A DNA stretch of 57,812 nt, filler included, from Jimgerdemannia flammicorona (lineage: Eukaryota): NCBI GenBank assembly GCA_003990765.1. It is 3 parts of 3 records of this genome, joined end to end, with 100 filler letters (N's around TTAATTAATTAA, not from the genome) between each part and the next. Parts side by side here need not be neighbours in the genome. Positions count along the whole stretch, not along the records: positions 1 to 19,211 come from RBNJ01001999.1; 2 more parts are not named here. The stretch is one strand, 5' to 3'. This document shows, piece by piece, positions 1-12,673 of this stretch. Position 1 is the stretch's first letter; each line of letters opens with the position of its first letter. The notes under the pieces are model-generated. The model was not told where the DNA came from and ran no database searches. It saw only the letters and a program-made list of their open reading frames with translations. The position numbers were made by a program, and so were the translations under genes.

Positions 1-146
1 TTTTTTGCAAGGGGTATAAGAGAGGTGTTTGTGATTCCCAACAATTCATTGCATTATCTCAAAGGCGACGAGCCCCAAGACCACTCTTTAAGTGACAATA
101 TCTAATAAGCCCCCCTTCAACTCATAAAACTGACCTAACTGCTATC

Positions 147-1076
147 ATGAACTTCAGCAAATCCGAAGAGCGAAAACTCGAGACCCTCTTGCAGACGGAG
201 CTCCTCGAAGGCCCCCCCCCACCGTACGATCAACGAGTCCGTTCTTCGCCAGCCTCTAGCTCATCCAACAACTCCGCCTCATCGAGCGACGGACTTATCT
301 ACCCACCTGTTCCCCCGAGGGACACTATCATTGTCGTCAACGCGCCGACAGCCACTGGTCCGCGGCTGCAGTACCAGAACGCCACGCTCATTGTCGATCA
401 GGGTCAGCAGCCCAGGAAGCGTAGCTGGTTCGTGGACACAATCTCTGACGGGGAGGCGTGGCTGGCCGTTCTCTACTTCATGTTCGTCGGATTCCCGATG
501 GCCGTTTTCGGCTTTTGTTGGTGCATCCCTACCGTCATCGTAGGGTTGGTTTTTTGGATCTTCCCTCCTATCGGAGCCATCTTGTGGATAGGGTAAGCGC
601 TTGCAGCGTGCTGAAAATTCGTTGGAAGTCGCACACTTAGAACATTGACTCATCTCAAAATTTTCTGTGCCATCAGATTTGCCTACAGCTGGCGCTTGAC
701 CGCTCGCTTTGAGCTGATCACTCTCGAGATGTGCGGCAAACCATTCCGCCGCTACGACCCGCAGCGCCTGACCTACATCCGTCCCAGGTACTCCCCAGTC
801 TTACGCATTCGGAGCACAAACTCCCACGCCTGCGGCGTGCACGGCATGCTTTCGCGCATCTGGGATCTGAGCACGGATCCCCACACATTCGCCAGTGTGC
901 TGTACTTCATCGGGTTCAATTTCCTCTTCACCACTTTCGCCTTCTGCATCATCGTCCCGCTATTCTGCTGCTCGATGGCACTCATGATCTGCTGCATGCC
1001 ACTTTGCTGCATCGTCGCCAAGGAATTGGCCATGTATAAGATTAAGATAGCCCACAAGATGCTAATCCAGGAGTAA
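147..1076 (+). CDS. Two-exon membrane protein with an N-terminal PPxY motif and a 'putative sensor' (PF13796-like) transmembrane domain; exons 147-592 and 677-1076
   Basis: Intron 593-676 (GTAAG...CATCAG) joins the two ORFs in frame (..LWIG|FAYSW..). Contains PPPPY and two related hydrophobic blocks (GEAWLAVLYFMFVGFP; DPHTFASVLYFIGFNF). Domain call by eye. Confidence 0.7.
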
Positions 1077-2223
1077 GGACTTCATGGTTTAAAGTATATG
1101 TCCGACTCGCCTAAATTTATGTTGTAACTTGTACGAAATAAGGAATCACTCAACATATGTGTAAATTTTCTTTCGATATGGGTAACACTTTGAGTAAAAG
1201 TACTTTCGTGATGGGCGGGTATCCCATCCATGCACGCATGCGCCAAATTAGGTAAATAGCAAAGTTGCCAGGTTGTGATGAATGTTACCGATGAAATTGT
1301 TTGCTTAGGAATGCATATTGACCTATACTTAGAGATGCTTAGTCTATAATATAGTCAAAATTAGCTGCAAATATTTAAGTTCAAAAATCAATCTTATTGA
1401 ATGGAATTCTAAGCTCCAAATTCATCCAGCTGATTAGTTCACATTTTGAGCATTATATGATATCCAAATATAGAACTTATGTAACAGTTCATTATATAGC
1501 AACAAACTACTGGAAATTTCAATGGAATTTCCAACATAAATTCTAATGGAAATTCCAACAGAATTTCCAACATAGTAGTTACAGATACCACATATAGTAT
1601 AACTATATATATATAGATACATACATATATTCAGTATACCATATTTAGCCATAGCTTTAAATCTGTATAAATATCCTCTGTACTAACCTTAGCTCTACTT
1701 TTCTTAAATATAAAAATAAAACAGTATTCTTATCAAAAACCCTCAGATCTGACTTGTTAATGATTCCAAGTCTGATCAACTTGAGATATAAGTATGGTAC
1801 CTCTACTAGCATAAGAATCTGAAAGTAATATTTGGACTTTATCTCTACAATAGGCAGAAGGAACTTTACACTTCTTTATAAAACTTAGAACTTAGAGCTA
1901 ATAGTTATATCTTTAATTATCTATAATATATTAATTCTATTAATATATAGTTTTATTATAATTTAGTAGTAATAGAAAGTTACTTCTATTTATGAGTAAT
2001 TTTCTCTTAAAGAACTCACTATAAATATAGACAACTCTATAGAAAACTTAGCCAATACATATCAGAAGAGAGTATAGCTAATAAGAACAGACTGTAAATA
2101 GAACTAGAGTAGTATACTTCTTTGATATTATCTCTAGATAGTTATCAGAAAAGATCTAAAAATAAAAATGACTCTATAATTGTCTATATAAGTAATGATA
2201 CTTAGGATAAGCTATTATTAGAG

Positions 2224-4260
2224 TATAAGTACACAATCTCTAAGCCACTGAAATCACATGTTATCCTTAAAATAAATTTGGAAATCACATATAAGATCAT
2301 GAAGCTAAGTCAAACTAAAGTCATAGAATACAAAGCTAAGTCAACTTGAAGTTATAGAATATAAGATTTATATAAACAGAACCTTATCAATCAGAACTAA
2401 ATGCATATGTCAGATATATTAAAATAGAGAACTACAACAAACAAACAACTATAACTCTTGAATATATATATAACTATGACTACTGAGATCTACAACTATA
2501 TCTGTACTGACATTTGGAATGCTATTATTAACTGAGTCACACCTCCTCTGCTCCTTATAAATATCATAGTCTGACACCTCTTTACTTTATGGAAGTCTGA
2601 TGGAATGCTCTAAATATACTCAGCAAAGTCTACTAAATTGAATAAATCTCAAGCTACTACCAGATTAGCTATCTTCTAGAAGATATAGTTGAATACTACT
2701 ATAATATAGATATTATTCAGATATCTCAATACCAGAAGCTTATTACCTACAAACACTAAGAACTCTTTTATAAGTATAGTATTTTTATTCTCTATCTCTA
2801 AGTCACTACTACTAAAATAGTTGTCACTCTATCCTATGGCCAAATTGACAACATGGTACAAGAACTCAACCACAAGTATATTAAGTATGTTCAGACCATA
2901 GACAGAACCTTCCTGCACCCTAATGACTATATCCTGCAAATGTCTCAAGTTAGATATATCATGAAGGATATCTATGATATAATCTAGTTTAATAATGATA
3001 AAACAGAAGATAATAATCTCTCTGATACCAATATGACCTCCAGCTAAGGATCTCTACCAGCTCTGATCACTCTACCAACCTTGCTAATAAACTTACAATA
3101 GTTCATAACTACCTATAAGATTTATTGGAATAATGATCACTAGTATGAGTACTAACTTATATTTATACCTAATTACTTTAACTATGATGAAGAAACCAGA
3201 GAACATAATCTATATCTCCAGATAACCATTGAGATCAAACCAATAACCCTATCTCCTGAGTATAAACAAAACAAGCTACAGCTACCAGTATACTACAATC
3301 CTACAACTTATAGTACTATTACCTATAGAAGATATACAGACAGTGAATCTGAGGAAAGCAAAGACAATATACCTCTCCTTTGTCCACCAACTCTATATCC
3401 AGTATATGAGACAGATGATACTATTCTGTAAGATAGTAATATGGTCCCAATATATTATTATCTAAGCAAATAGAGAGAGGTAATCCAAGAACCACTCTTC
3501 CTAGATGACTATATCATTAGAGATAATATCATTAATAGTGATATCATTGAAGACTACCTAGATAGTATCTAAATCTATAGATAGCTTAGCAGTTATTAGT
3601 ATAATTAGAATAGTCTTATATGATATAATTGTATATTGACTTAGCAGTCAGATGATCTCTTGATATATTAGTTTATACTTATACTATATGACTATATTTT
3701 AACTCAATAAGATACTAAATATTATATTTATATTTAGTATAGTCCAGATAACCTCTTATTAGTATAAATATCCCCTCTCCTAGACCTCAGAAACTTAGAC
3801 AAAAATAGACTTAAATAGACAAAAATGACTCCTGAATACTTTTCCACAATATCCCTTTATACAACTACTCCTAGTATAGCAATATTATGAATAGTGAATA
3901 AATCTATTTAATAATTCACAAACTACTCTTAAGTAAATCTACATCTTATTAGATCTTACTTCTAACCATATTACAAAATTTTCTAATTAGATATTGTCTA
4001 TAGCAATATACCAATTCAACTAAGTTGGTCTTAGTTTCTTGAACTTCCTGAAATATAGAAAATCCTGAACATCTAGAATAAGTCTGAAAAAGGACTTTGG
4101 TTGAGATATCAATCTGATCTTAAAATCAATAAGTATAGAGGATGTACTTTATACAAAATTGATTTTAACCTAAAGAAAACAGTCTTCCAGAATATCCTGA
4201 ACTTCTAAAAAAAACCTTCCAGAACTATATAATGATACTTTTATAAGTAATCCTCTTATA
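2224..4260 (+). mobile_element. Solo-LTR-like element, heavily mutated copy 1 (2037 bp), containing a decayed ORF
   Basis: Termini TATAAG...CTTATA (mutated TGTAAG...CTTACA). Flanked by direct repeat TAGAG at 2219-2223 and 4261-4265. Colinear with 4953-7013. Confidence 0.85.
2476..3572 (+). pseudogene. Decayed copy of the LTR-internal ORF
   Basis: Begins ATGACTACTGAGATCTACAAC, like 5239. Aligns with 5239-6336 but has many C>T/G>A-derived stops. Confidence 0.75.
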
Positions 4261-5238
4261 TAGAGTATATACTATCTTAGTAGTCTAAAGATCAAGAGAC
4301 AGTAGAAATAATAATAAAGGAGATAAGTAATGTCAATTTAAGAAGAAGTAAAAATCTCAAGATAACTTTCAGAAATTATAAGATAGGTACAAGAAACTGT
4401 CTGATAAGGAATTTAAAGAACTCAAGAAAAAAAGAGTATGTTTTTACTATAAAAAGAATGGACATATATTCTATGAATACCCTAATAAGAAGACTAATAT
4501 AAATAAAGAATTATCCTTCTTTATATATTATCACTATAATAGAATATAATCTCAAAGAAATCCTCAAGAAGATCAAGGTCAAGAGATTCCACATCACTGT
4601 ATAAATTTTAAATAAAGTACATAAATCTGATACTAGCTATAATATCTAATTAAGTATAGAAATAACTATTGAATTAAGCAATTAAGTAACTATTAGCACA
4701 GATATCAGAATGCAAGTTCTCAAGAAAACCTATATTTGTCTTTATAGAAAAAAACAGTCTAGTTAAGAAGAAGAGACTCTATATAGCTAAAGGAGTTATA
4801 GACTAAGAATTCAAAGAAGAAATCAAGGTTCTACTATATAATACTGAACAGAAATCAGTTAAAAATTATATGTAAAAAACAAATTGCCTAAGCCATTATC
4901 AAAGTTATATATATATATATATAGTAATCTTGAAGTTAAAGAAATAAAAGAGTATAAGCGCACAACCTCCAAGCCACCGAAATTACACGTCACCCTCTGA
5001 ACAAGCCACTGAAATCACACACGACCTCCGAATAAATCTGGAAATCACCTGCTTGATCACAAAGCTGAGTCAAACCGAAGTCACAGCGCACAAAGCTGAG
5101 TCAATATGAAGTCACAGAACACAAGATCTACACAAACGGAACCTTACCAATCAGGACCAAATACATATATACTGAGCACCGAGACGCATCGAATCAGAGA
5201 ACCAAAACAAACAACAACCACAACTTCCAAACACACAA

Positions 5239-6336
5239 ATGACCACTGAGATCTACAACCGCATCTGCGCTGACATTTGGAATACCATTGTCAACCGAGC
5301 TACACCCCCTCTGCCCCTCATGAATATCCATAGCCTGGCCCCCCTCTACTTCATGGAAGCCTGATGGAATGCCCTGAACATGCTTAGCGAGGCCCACCAA
5401 ATCGGACAAATCTCAAGCTACTACCAGATCGGCCGCCTCTTGGAAGACATGGTCGAACACCACTACAATACAGACATGACCCAGATGTCTCAACACCAGA
5501 AGCTCATCGCCCGCAAACATCGAGAACTCTTCTATGAGTACAACACCTTTATTCCCCGCCTCCGAGTTACTACCAGCGAAATGGTTGCTACCCTGTCCTA
5601 TGGCCAAATCGACGATATGATATAAGAAATCAACCACAAATACCTCGAGTATGTCGAAACCACAGACAGAACCTTCCCACACTCTGATGACCACATCCTG
5701 CAAATGCCTCAAGTCAGATATGCCATGAAGGACGTCTACGATATAATCCACTTCGATGAAGATGAAGCAGAAGACAATGATCCCTCTGACGCCGACATGA
5801 CCTCTAGCCAAGGATCTCTGCCAACCCTGATCACTCCGCCAACCTTGCCGATGAACTTACAACAGTTCATAACCACATACGAGACTTATTGGGACAATGA
5901 CCACTGGCACGAATACCAACCCGTGTTCACCCCTGACTACTTCAACTACAATAAAGAGACCGGAGAACACAACCTGTACCTCCAAACAACCCTAGAGATC
6001 GAATCAACAACCCCACCACCTGAGTACGAGCGACTCGAACCACAGCCGCCAGCTTACTACAACCCCACTACTCATAGTGCTGTAACCTATAGAAGGTACG
6101 CAGATAGCGAATCCGATGAAAGCAAAGACAGTACACCCATCCTTCACCCACCAACACCTTATCCAGCATATGAAACAGATGATGCTATCCTGTAGGATGG
6201 AGATGAAGTCCCAATGTATTACTACCTCAGCTAACAAGGAGAAGTAATCCGCGAACCATTATTCCTAGATGACTACTTCATCAGAGATGATGCAATCGAT
6301 GGTGATATCATCGAGGACTACCCAGATAGTGCCTAA
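5239..6336 (+). pseudogene. ~365-codon ORF of unknown function inside the LTR-like element, broken by four in-frame stops
   Basis: Single frame from MTTEIYNRICADIW to IIEDYPDSA*. Stops at 5362 (TGA), 5623 (TAA), 6193 (TAG) and 6232 (TAA) are each one C>T from a sense codon. Copy 1 has CAA at the 5623-equivalent site. Confidence 0.8.
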
Positions 6337-6525
6337 ATCTATAAATAGTCTAGCAGTCATAGTATAGTTAGATTAGCCTTGTACGATGTGACTGTGAACT
6401 GACTCAGCAGTCAGACAATCTCTTGACATGTCAGATCACACTTGTACTACGTGACTACATTCCGACTCAGCAAGGCACTTAGTGCTACATCCATATCTAG
6501 CATAGTCCAGATAGCCCCTCACTAG

Positions 6526-6533
6526 TATAAATA
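6526..6533 (+). promoter_or_regulatory. TATA box of the LTR-like element
   Basis: TATAAATA followed by a C-rich tract, typical of retrotransposon U3. Conserved in copy 1 at ~3763. Confidence 0.55.
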
Positions 6534-7179
6534 CCCCCTCCCCCAGACCTCAGAATCTCAGACTAAAATACATAAGAACATTCCTGAATACTTCCCCACA
6601 ATATCCCTTCACACAACTACTCCTAGTATAGCAATATCATAAATAGCAAATAAACCTATTCCATAACCCACAAACTACTCTTAAGTAAATCTGCTCTCTG
6701 TTAGGTCCCACTCCTAACCCTGTCACGAAATTTCCTAATTGGGTATTGTCTGCAGCGATACGCCAATTCAACTAAGCTGGTCTTAGTTTTTTGAACTTTC
6801 TGAAATACGGAAAATCCTGAACATCCAGAACTAGTCCGGAAAAGGACTTTGGTTGAGACGTCAACCCAATCTTGAAATCAATAAGTGTAGAGGACGTACT
6901 CCATATGAAATTGATCTTGACCATAAGAAAATGGTCTTCCAGAACATCCAGAATATCCAGAAAACCCTTCCAGAACTACGTAACGATTACCTTAAAAAAG
7001 TAACCCTCTTACAAAGAGCTATTACTCTCTAATAAAGGAGAAAAGACTTTTGGATTAATAGAAAAGCACTCTGTTAAGATCAAGGAGAAGACTAAGGTAC
7101 AAAAGATTATTTATATTAAAGAACCTTAAGACTAAGATCAGGAATAATATCAGTATATTACTGATAGATATATTTTAGC

Positions 7180-8347
7180 TATAGCTTCTTTCTCTGCTAT
7201 CTTACTAGTTATAAGATTTGGTAGATAACCTTCTGAGTCTTCTTTCTTCTATTATTACCCCCTTTACCTTGAGTTGGTTTGCTATATCTATAAGGGTATG
7301 GTGGGAGAGAGACAATAGTAATGAGTTAGTATCAGATTGATATCTTTTTTACTTTTTTGTAATTTCTGATACCTTTGACTATATCTGGAGTATACTTATT
7401 TTGGTACAGTACTTTCTTCCTTTTGCTATTATTAATAAGGTATCATCTGATATATTATAGGCTATATGTATCAGTATAGGTTATTTGTAGATTCTCAGTA
7501 TCTATAATAGAGCCCTCTGAGCTTTAGTAAGCTTCTTGGTAAGTATAGTTCTGATATAGATAACTGCTTTTTGGGTAGAGTTAGGATGAGAGAAGAGATG
7601 GTCATTACAGATAGGCAGAAGAGTAATAACAATAGACTAGTAGAGTGCTAGGCTGGGGGTAGTCATCAGAGTTATAGTAGGTATTATCTTGATAAAGCCT
7701 TTTGATTGGCTGGTAGAGAGTGGGATAGTATAGGGACTGGTATTCTAGCTATATCCAACTAGAACTAAGAGCTGATGCAGCAATACAATTGAGGCCTACA
7801 GGTTTAGGGAATAGGTCCTCTCTTATTTGGCAATACCCAACTGGAACTAAGAGCTAATATAGTAATGTGATTGAGGTCTGTAGACTTAGGAAGTAAGAGT
7901 GGGACTTTTTTAAGCCTTAGCTCATATACATATTAGTCCTTTTGAGAGAGTCTTATATATAAGTCCTTTACTCACCTACTCTAAATATATTCTGTCTTCT
8001 ATTGACTAGTTAGGGGGTTTTTCTTTATTTTGGGCCTTTATTTGAAGTTCAGGAGGCTATTTCTTATTCAGTTCTAGTATTGCTAGATCTGATATATAAG
8101 TATACTCTCATGTGTAGTTATGATGATCTAGTCCTAGTAAATAGATAAGTCTAGTCTATATAATAGAAGTTGGTATATCTGATATATATAGTAGAAATAA
8201 TAGAACTGTAGGACAATTCAGTAGTTTAAATTAATGAGAGGATAATGTCTGGTAGATGGTAGGGGAGAGTTTTGGCTTATAGTCTAGGTTCTCTTCCAAT
8301 AAAATCTGCAGAACTCTGAGTCTATAAAAAAAAAAAAAAAAAAAAAA
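7180..8347 (+). mobile_element. ~1.17-kb poly(A)-tailed non-autonomous retroelement, copy A
   Basis: AATAAA then poly(A) at ~8298-8347. 14-bp TSD AGATATATT(T/C)TAGC at 7166-7179 and 8348-8361. Homologous end to end with 55868-57054. Confidence 0.85.
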
Positions 8348-9254
8348 AGATATATTCTAGCCAGATAATATTCTCATAGAATTAAGATATATATACTATT
8401 TCAAGTATATAGATGAATACATTATATATATCTTAGAATTCAAGAAGTATAAGCCAACTATTTCTAAATAATGAGATAAAAAAATCAAGAACATTAATGA
8501 CAAAGATATATAGAGAAGTATATATAAGATTGAGAATAAAAAGCTACTCTAGAAATAATTGCTATCTGGTAAGACAATTTTGAATATATCCACCTATAAG
8601 AAAAAATTAAAGAAAACTCTATTAAGGTCCTTATTGATAGTAGAGCAAGCAAGTACTATTTTAATAAGAAATAGTTATATAACAAATTCAACCTTAAAAT
8701 ACAAAGAAATCCAGAAGGCAATATTATTATATTTGGTAATAGAACAATTCAGAAACTCTCCAAAATTTGCAAGAACACACTTCTACAACTAGAAGACTAT
8801 ATCATGAAGTTGATCTTCTACACTATATATCTTCCAGGACATACATAACCTTATCCTCAGAAAATTCTGGCTCACATAAGAGATTCCTCATATTAACTGG
8901 TAAATCAATATAATCTCTCTAGGGTATATTAAGCTATAGCTAGAACAGACCAAGAAGAAAGTAAAACTCAAGTATAACATTATCTTTGTTATCCAAATGA
9001 AGAAGCTAATCCAGAAATCAGAACAATATATCTACATATATACTATCAAGAAACTATCAGTAGAAGAAGATAATGATAATCTTTCTGAACTATTGAAGGA
9101 TGAAGATAAAGAAGAAGAAAGCCTTCAAGAACTACTTAAAGAATACAAAGATGTTTTTCAAGAACTCTAAGGACTACCACCATCCAGGTAGTAGAACACC
9201 ATTCTAGGAGCATACCCTCTCTATTATGAAATCTACCAACTAGCTTATCAACAA

Positions 9255-10320
9255 GTATCTGATCACGAATCCAATAACACCCCTCCAGCTCAGGAAATAA
9301 TCTAACTGCCATCATGAAATTCGGAGAGACCTTCCTGTGGACAGAGCTCCTCCAAACCAACCACCGTACCATCAACAAGTATCTGATAACGAATCCAATA
9401 ACGCCTCTCCAGCTCATGAAATAATTTACCTGCCATCATGTAGTCCGGAGAGCCCCTCTTGCAAAGAGAGCTCCTCCAAACCCCATCCATCAACAAGTCA
9501 GCCTCTAGCGCATCCAACAACTCCGCCTCATCGATCCGCTTTTTTGCAGAAAGAGCTCCTCGAAACCACCTCACCAACGTACGATCAACGGGTCAGTTTC
9601 TAGCCCATCCAACAACTCCGCCTTATCGAGCGACGTCTCATCGAACACACTGGCATTGACATCAATGCGCCGACAGCCAATGAGTTTAGCTATTTCGTGG
9701 AGTCAATATCTGACAGGGATGCGTGGCTGGTCATTCTCTACTTCATGTCCATCGGGTTCCCGATGGCCGTCTTCGGTTTTTGTTGGATCAGCACTACCTA
9801 CGTCGTAGGACGGGTGCTTTGATTTTACCCTCCGATCGAATACCCCATGCGGATAATGTAAGCAGTTGCAGTATGCTGAAAATTCGTTGGAAGTCGTGCA
9901 CATTAGAACGTGAACGCATCTCTTGTCTACAGTTGACGCATGGTCGCCCGCCTTGAGCTGATCACTCTCGAGATGTGCGGCAAACCATTCTGCCGCTATG
10001 ACTCGCAGCGCCTAACCTACTCTTTCTGGACATAGACTCTTGTACCTGCAACTTGTGCGAAATGGGTTCGTTCAGTTCGTTCAGCTCAGACGTGAACAGG
10101 ACATTACACCACTTACTCCTTCTGCACCATTGTCCCACTGTTCGCCTGCTTGCATGTCACTTTGCTGCATCGTCGCCAAGAAATCCGCCATATGTAAGAT
10201 TCAGTTAGCTAATGTACGAAATAAGGGATTGTCATGGCCGCATCAAGTATCGCTCGATATGGGTATGATTCGCGTGCGCCACGTCAGGAAGCTATTTCGT
10301 AGATAGCGAAGCTGTCAGGG
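9255..10320 (+). pseudogene. Rearranged duplicate of the 147-1076 gene, with its 5' segment tandemly reiterated
   Basis: Matches the 5'UTR, exon 1, the intron (GTAAGCAGTTGCAG), exon 2 (GAGCTGATCACTCTCGAGATGTGCGGCAAACC) and the 3' flank of the first gene, with deletions and frameshifts. Confidence 0.85.
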
Positions 10321-10973
10321 AATTTTCCCTTGTGAAAAAAACTAGTTACCATTCAAGGATCTCTGATTAACGATGGTTAATGATCCCTATTGCCTATTGA
10401 TGGCCAATGCGCACATCCATGTGGTCATTTTCTTTCTCCACTGCTTTTGTTTATTTGGCGTCGTGCAATCTCACTTGGCCCTTTTTGTCTTGAGTATAAT
10501 ACTCTGGAAAGCGTCATAGTTGCCAGTTTCCATATTTGTAAAAATACATACATATACGTATGTACCACTCTGCTATCCGCGAAACGCGACATTTGTGCTT
10601 GCGCTCACGAGACTATACTCCGAACGGTCTGAGGGCGGACTCCAAATGCGCAGTAACTTTAATTCGAGGATGTATGAAACGCAATCGGAATTATCAAAGT
10701 TACTGCGGTCTGTCCAACATGAATATCTTGATCCCTGATCGGTGTCATAACTACTCATATGGTTGATGATCAGCTTCAGCTGATGCATTTTACATTCACC
10801 TTGTCGAGCGAGGTGGCCCGTGAGTCACATCTTTCAGGACCAGTCGCCATGGAATTATTCGGGTATATACACAGGCAATTCTATTTTAGCTTCGATCATT
10901 GTATACACCAACAATATAAAATCCCCCACACAAACTTTTCACCATTAACAATTCAACAATCCGCGACCAAAAC

Positions 10974-12274
10974 ATGAGGGCCATCTCAGACTTCAGCATC
11001 ACGGTGGACAACGAGTACATTGACTTCTTCGGCCCGCCAAATCCAAGCGTGTCGGCCACACTCCGCGGCAAGATCCAGCTCGTTCTGACCAAACCGCTGA
11101 CGATCAAGAACCTCTCGTTGAAACTCACAGGGAAGTCGGCAGTGGCCAGCGTCTACTACTACTTCAAGGTGGTGAAGCGTGAGGACGCCGTCTTGGCCGA
11201 GAACCGCGAGCTACCCGAGGGAACGACTGAGTTGGCCTGGCAGTTCAAGTTGCCAGGGGATCTGCCGCCGAGCTTCAAGATCAACGTAGGTTCCTGCGAC
11301 TATCAGCTATCAGCATTGCTGATCTGCGACAAGACCCTCTTCGGCAGCAACAAGACGAGAAGGTACAAAGACATACACATTAGTCGCAGTCTGATATCCA
11401 GTCTGGATCTTGCGCAATCCTTGCCTCCGATGGTGTACAAGGGCAAGAGGGAGGGAATCATCGAGTACAAGTTCTTCGTCCCAAAAGTGATTTGCACGGA
11501 CGAGACCGAGACCCACTTATCGCTGCAAATCAAGACATTACAAGATGTTGGACGGGTGAAAAAGGTGGTCGTCACCCTTGAACAGAACGAGCGCTTCCTG
11601 TGAGTAAAGCTTCGCATCAGATCACTAGATTGTTCAGCTTCCTGTTCTGAGCACTCTCCTAATCATTACGAACATACACATTGCGAATAGTAATCCCTGG
11701 GGCGCTGCAGCCAGAGCACCAGAACAAAAACAAGCAGCATCGGATTCGTCTTCAAACTCCGATGCCAGCGGCACCGGGATCGAACCCGGCGGCTCCAACC
11801 GTCACAACCAATCCTTCATGAATACAGAAACAACACCAGGAGGTTAGTCAGTCAGTCACCCCACAAATATTGCCCAATGGTTAAACGTTATACCTTCCTG
11901 CAACCTCCATCTAACCGTTATCCTCACATCTAGAAACGGAAGCATACGCCAACTACTCCGACCCAGCGAACCTGGATGCGACCGTCTCGATCACGCTTCC
12001 GCTCAACAAGGTCAAATTGCACCCACGAATCAAGACGACAAGCCTGGAAGTGACGCATCATATCATGGCGCGCGTCGTCTTCGTTCACGAGCAAGAACAG
12101 AAGGACCTCTGGGTTCACTTCCCGATCCCTGTATCGATGCTGCCGTTTGCGCCGCCTGGGATCGGCGATATCCCATCGGTGTCCACGATAGAATATGATT
12201 TACCGACATACGATACCACGATGGAAGGAACTGAATTACCATCGTATACTGGGGCAGAACCGCCAGGAGGATAG
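10974..12274 (+). CDS. Alpha-arrestin (arrestin-related trafficking adaptor); exons 10974-11599, 11691-11842, 11934-12274
   Basis: Arrestin_N-like LRGKIQLVLTKPLTIKNLSLKLTG and FKLPGDLPPSF..GSCDYQLSA. Arrestin_C-like LEVTHHIMARV. C-terminal LPTY and LPSY motifs. Both GT-AG introns keep the frame. Confidence 0.85.
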
Positions 12275-12673
12275 TCAGAATGGGAAGGTCTGAAAAGTCG
12301 AAGCTTGTTCCTCGTTCCTATTTATTGGCCGTTGTGTATTTTACATCCTTCTCTGCAATGCATAAGATATCACAAATCAGAATAGAAGTAGCACTTTTTA
12401 ATTGGAAAGTCGAAAATTAGAATTGCAACGTTAACGAATGGCGGAGATACCTTCAAAACCGGCAATATCGACAACTTCCAGACTAGTTTCAAACATTACT
12501 TTGGAGATATATTACACATACGGACGTTCTTAAATCCGCAATAGATAGACTATGTACAAGAGACGTAGCAAACATATCTGACAACACGGCTAATTATTAC
12601 TCGTTAAAATACGCTTCCCATCACACCTTCCATCTTGTAATCCCAAAGTCCAGAGCACCGCCCCATCGACCCT

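Larger units (their letters stand above)
4953..7013 (+). mobile_element. Solo-LTR-like element, better-preserved copy 2 (2061 bp)
   Basis: Termini TATAAG...CTTACA. 5-bp TSD AAGAG at 4948-4952 and 7014-7018. Short tandem sub-repeats at ~4970-5120, a TATA box at 6526 and AATAAA at ~6649. Confidence 0.88.
1283..9240 (+). mobile_element. Degenerate Ty3/Gypsy retrotransposon acting as host for three nested insertions
   Basis: Gag zinc knuckle CFY[C>Y]KKNGHIFYE[C>Y]P at ~4438-4483. Protease IKVLIDS[G>R]AS at ~8620-8650. Pre-RT motif LQELLKEYKDVF..GLPPSR at ~9123-9190. Possible 5' LTR with a TATAAATA at ~1666. Outer boundaries approximate. Confidence 0.6.

Noticed and set aside
5239..6336. Alternative genetic code explaining the in-frame stops here and in the LINEs
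   Set aside because: All three stop types occur, they differ between copies and trace to C>T/G>A changes; host genes use standard stops.
2224..7013. The two 2-kb repeats as the 5' and 3' LTRs of one element around the gag fragment
   Set aside because: Each has its own different TSD, and their mutation loads differ greatly.
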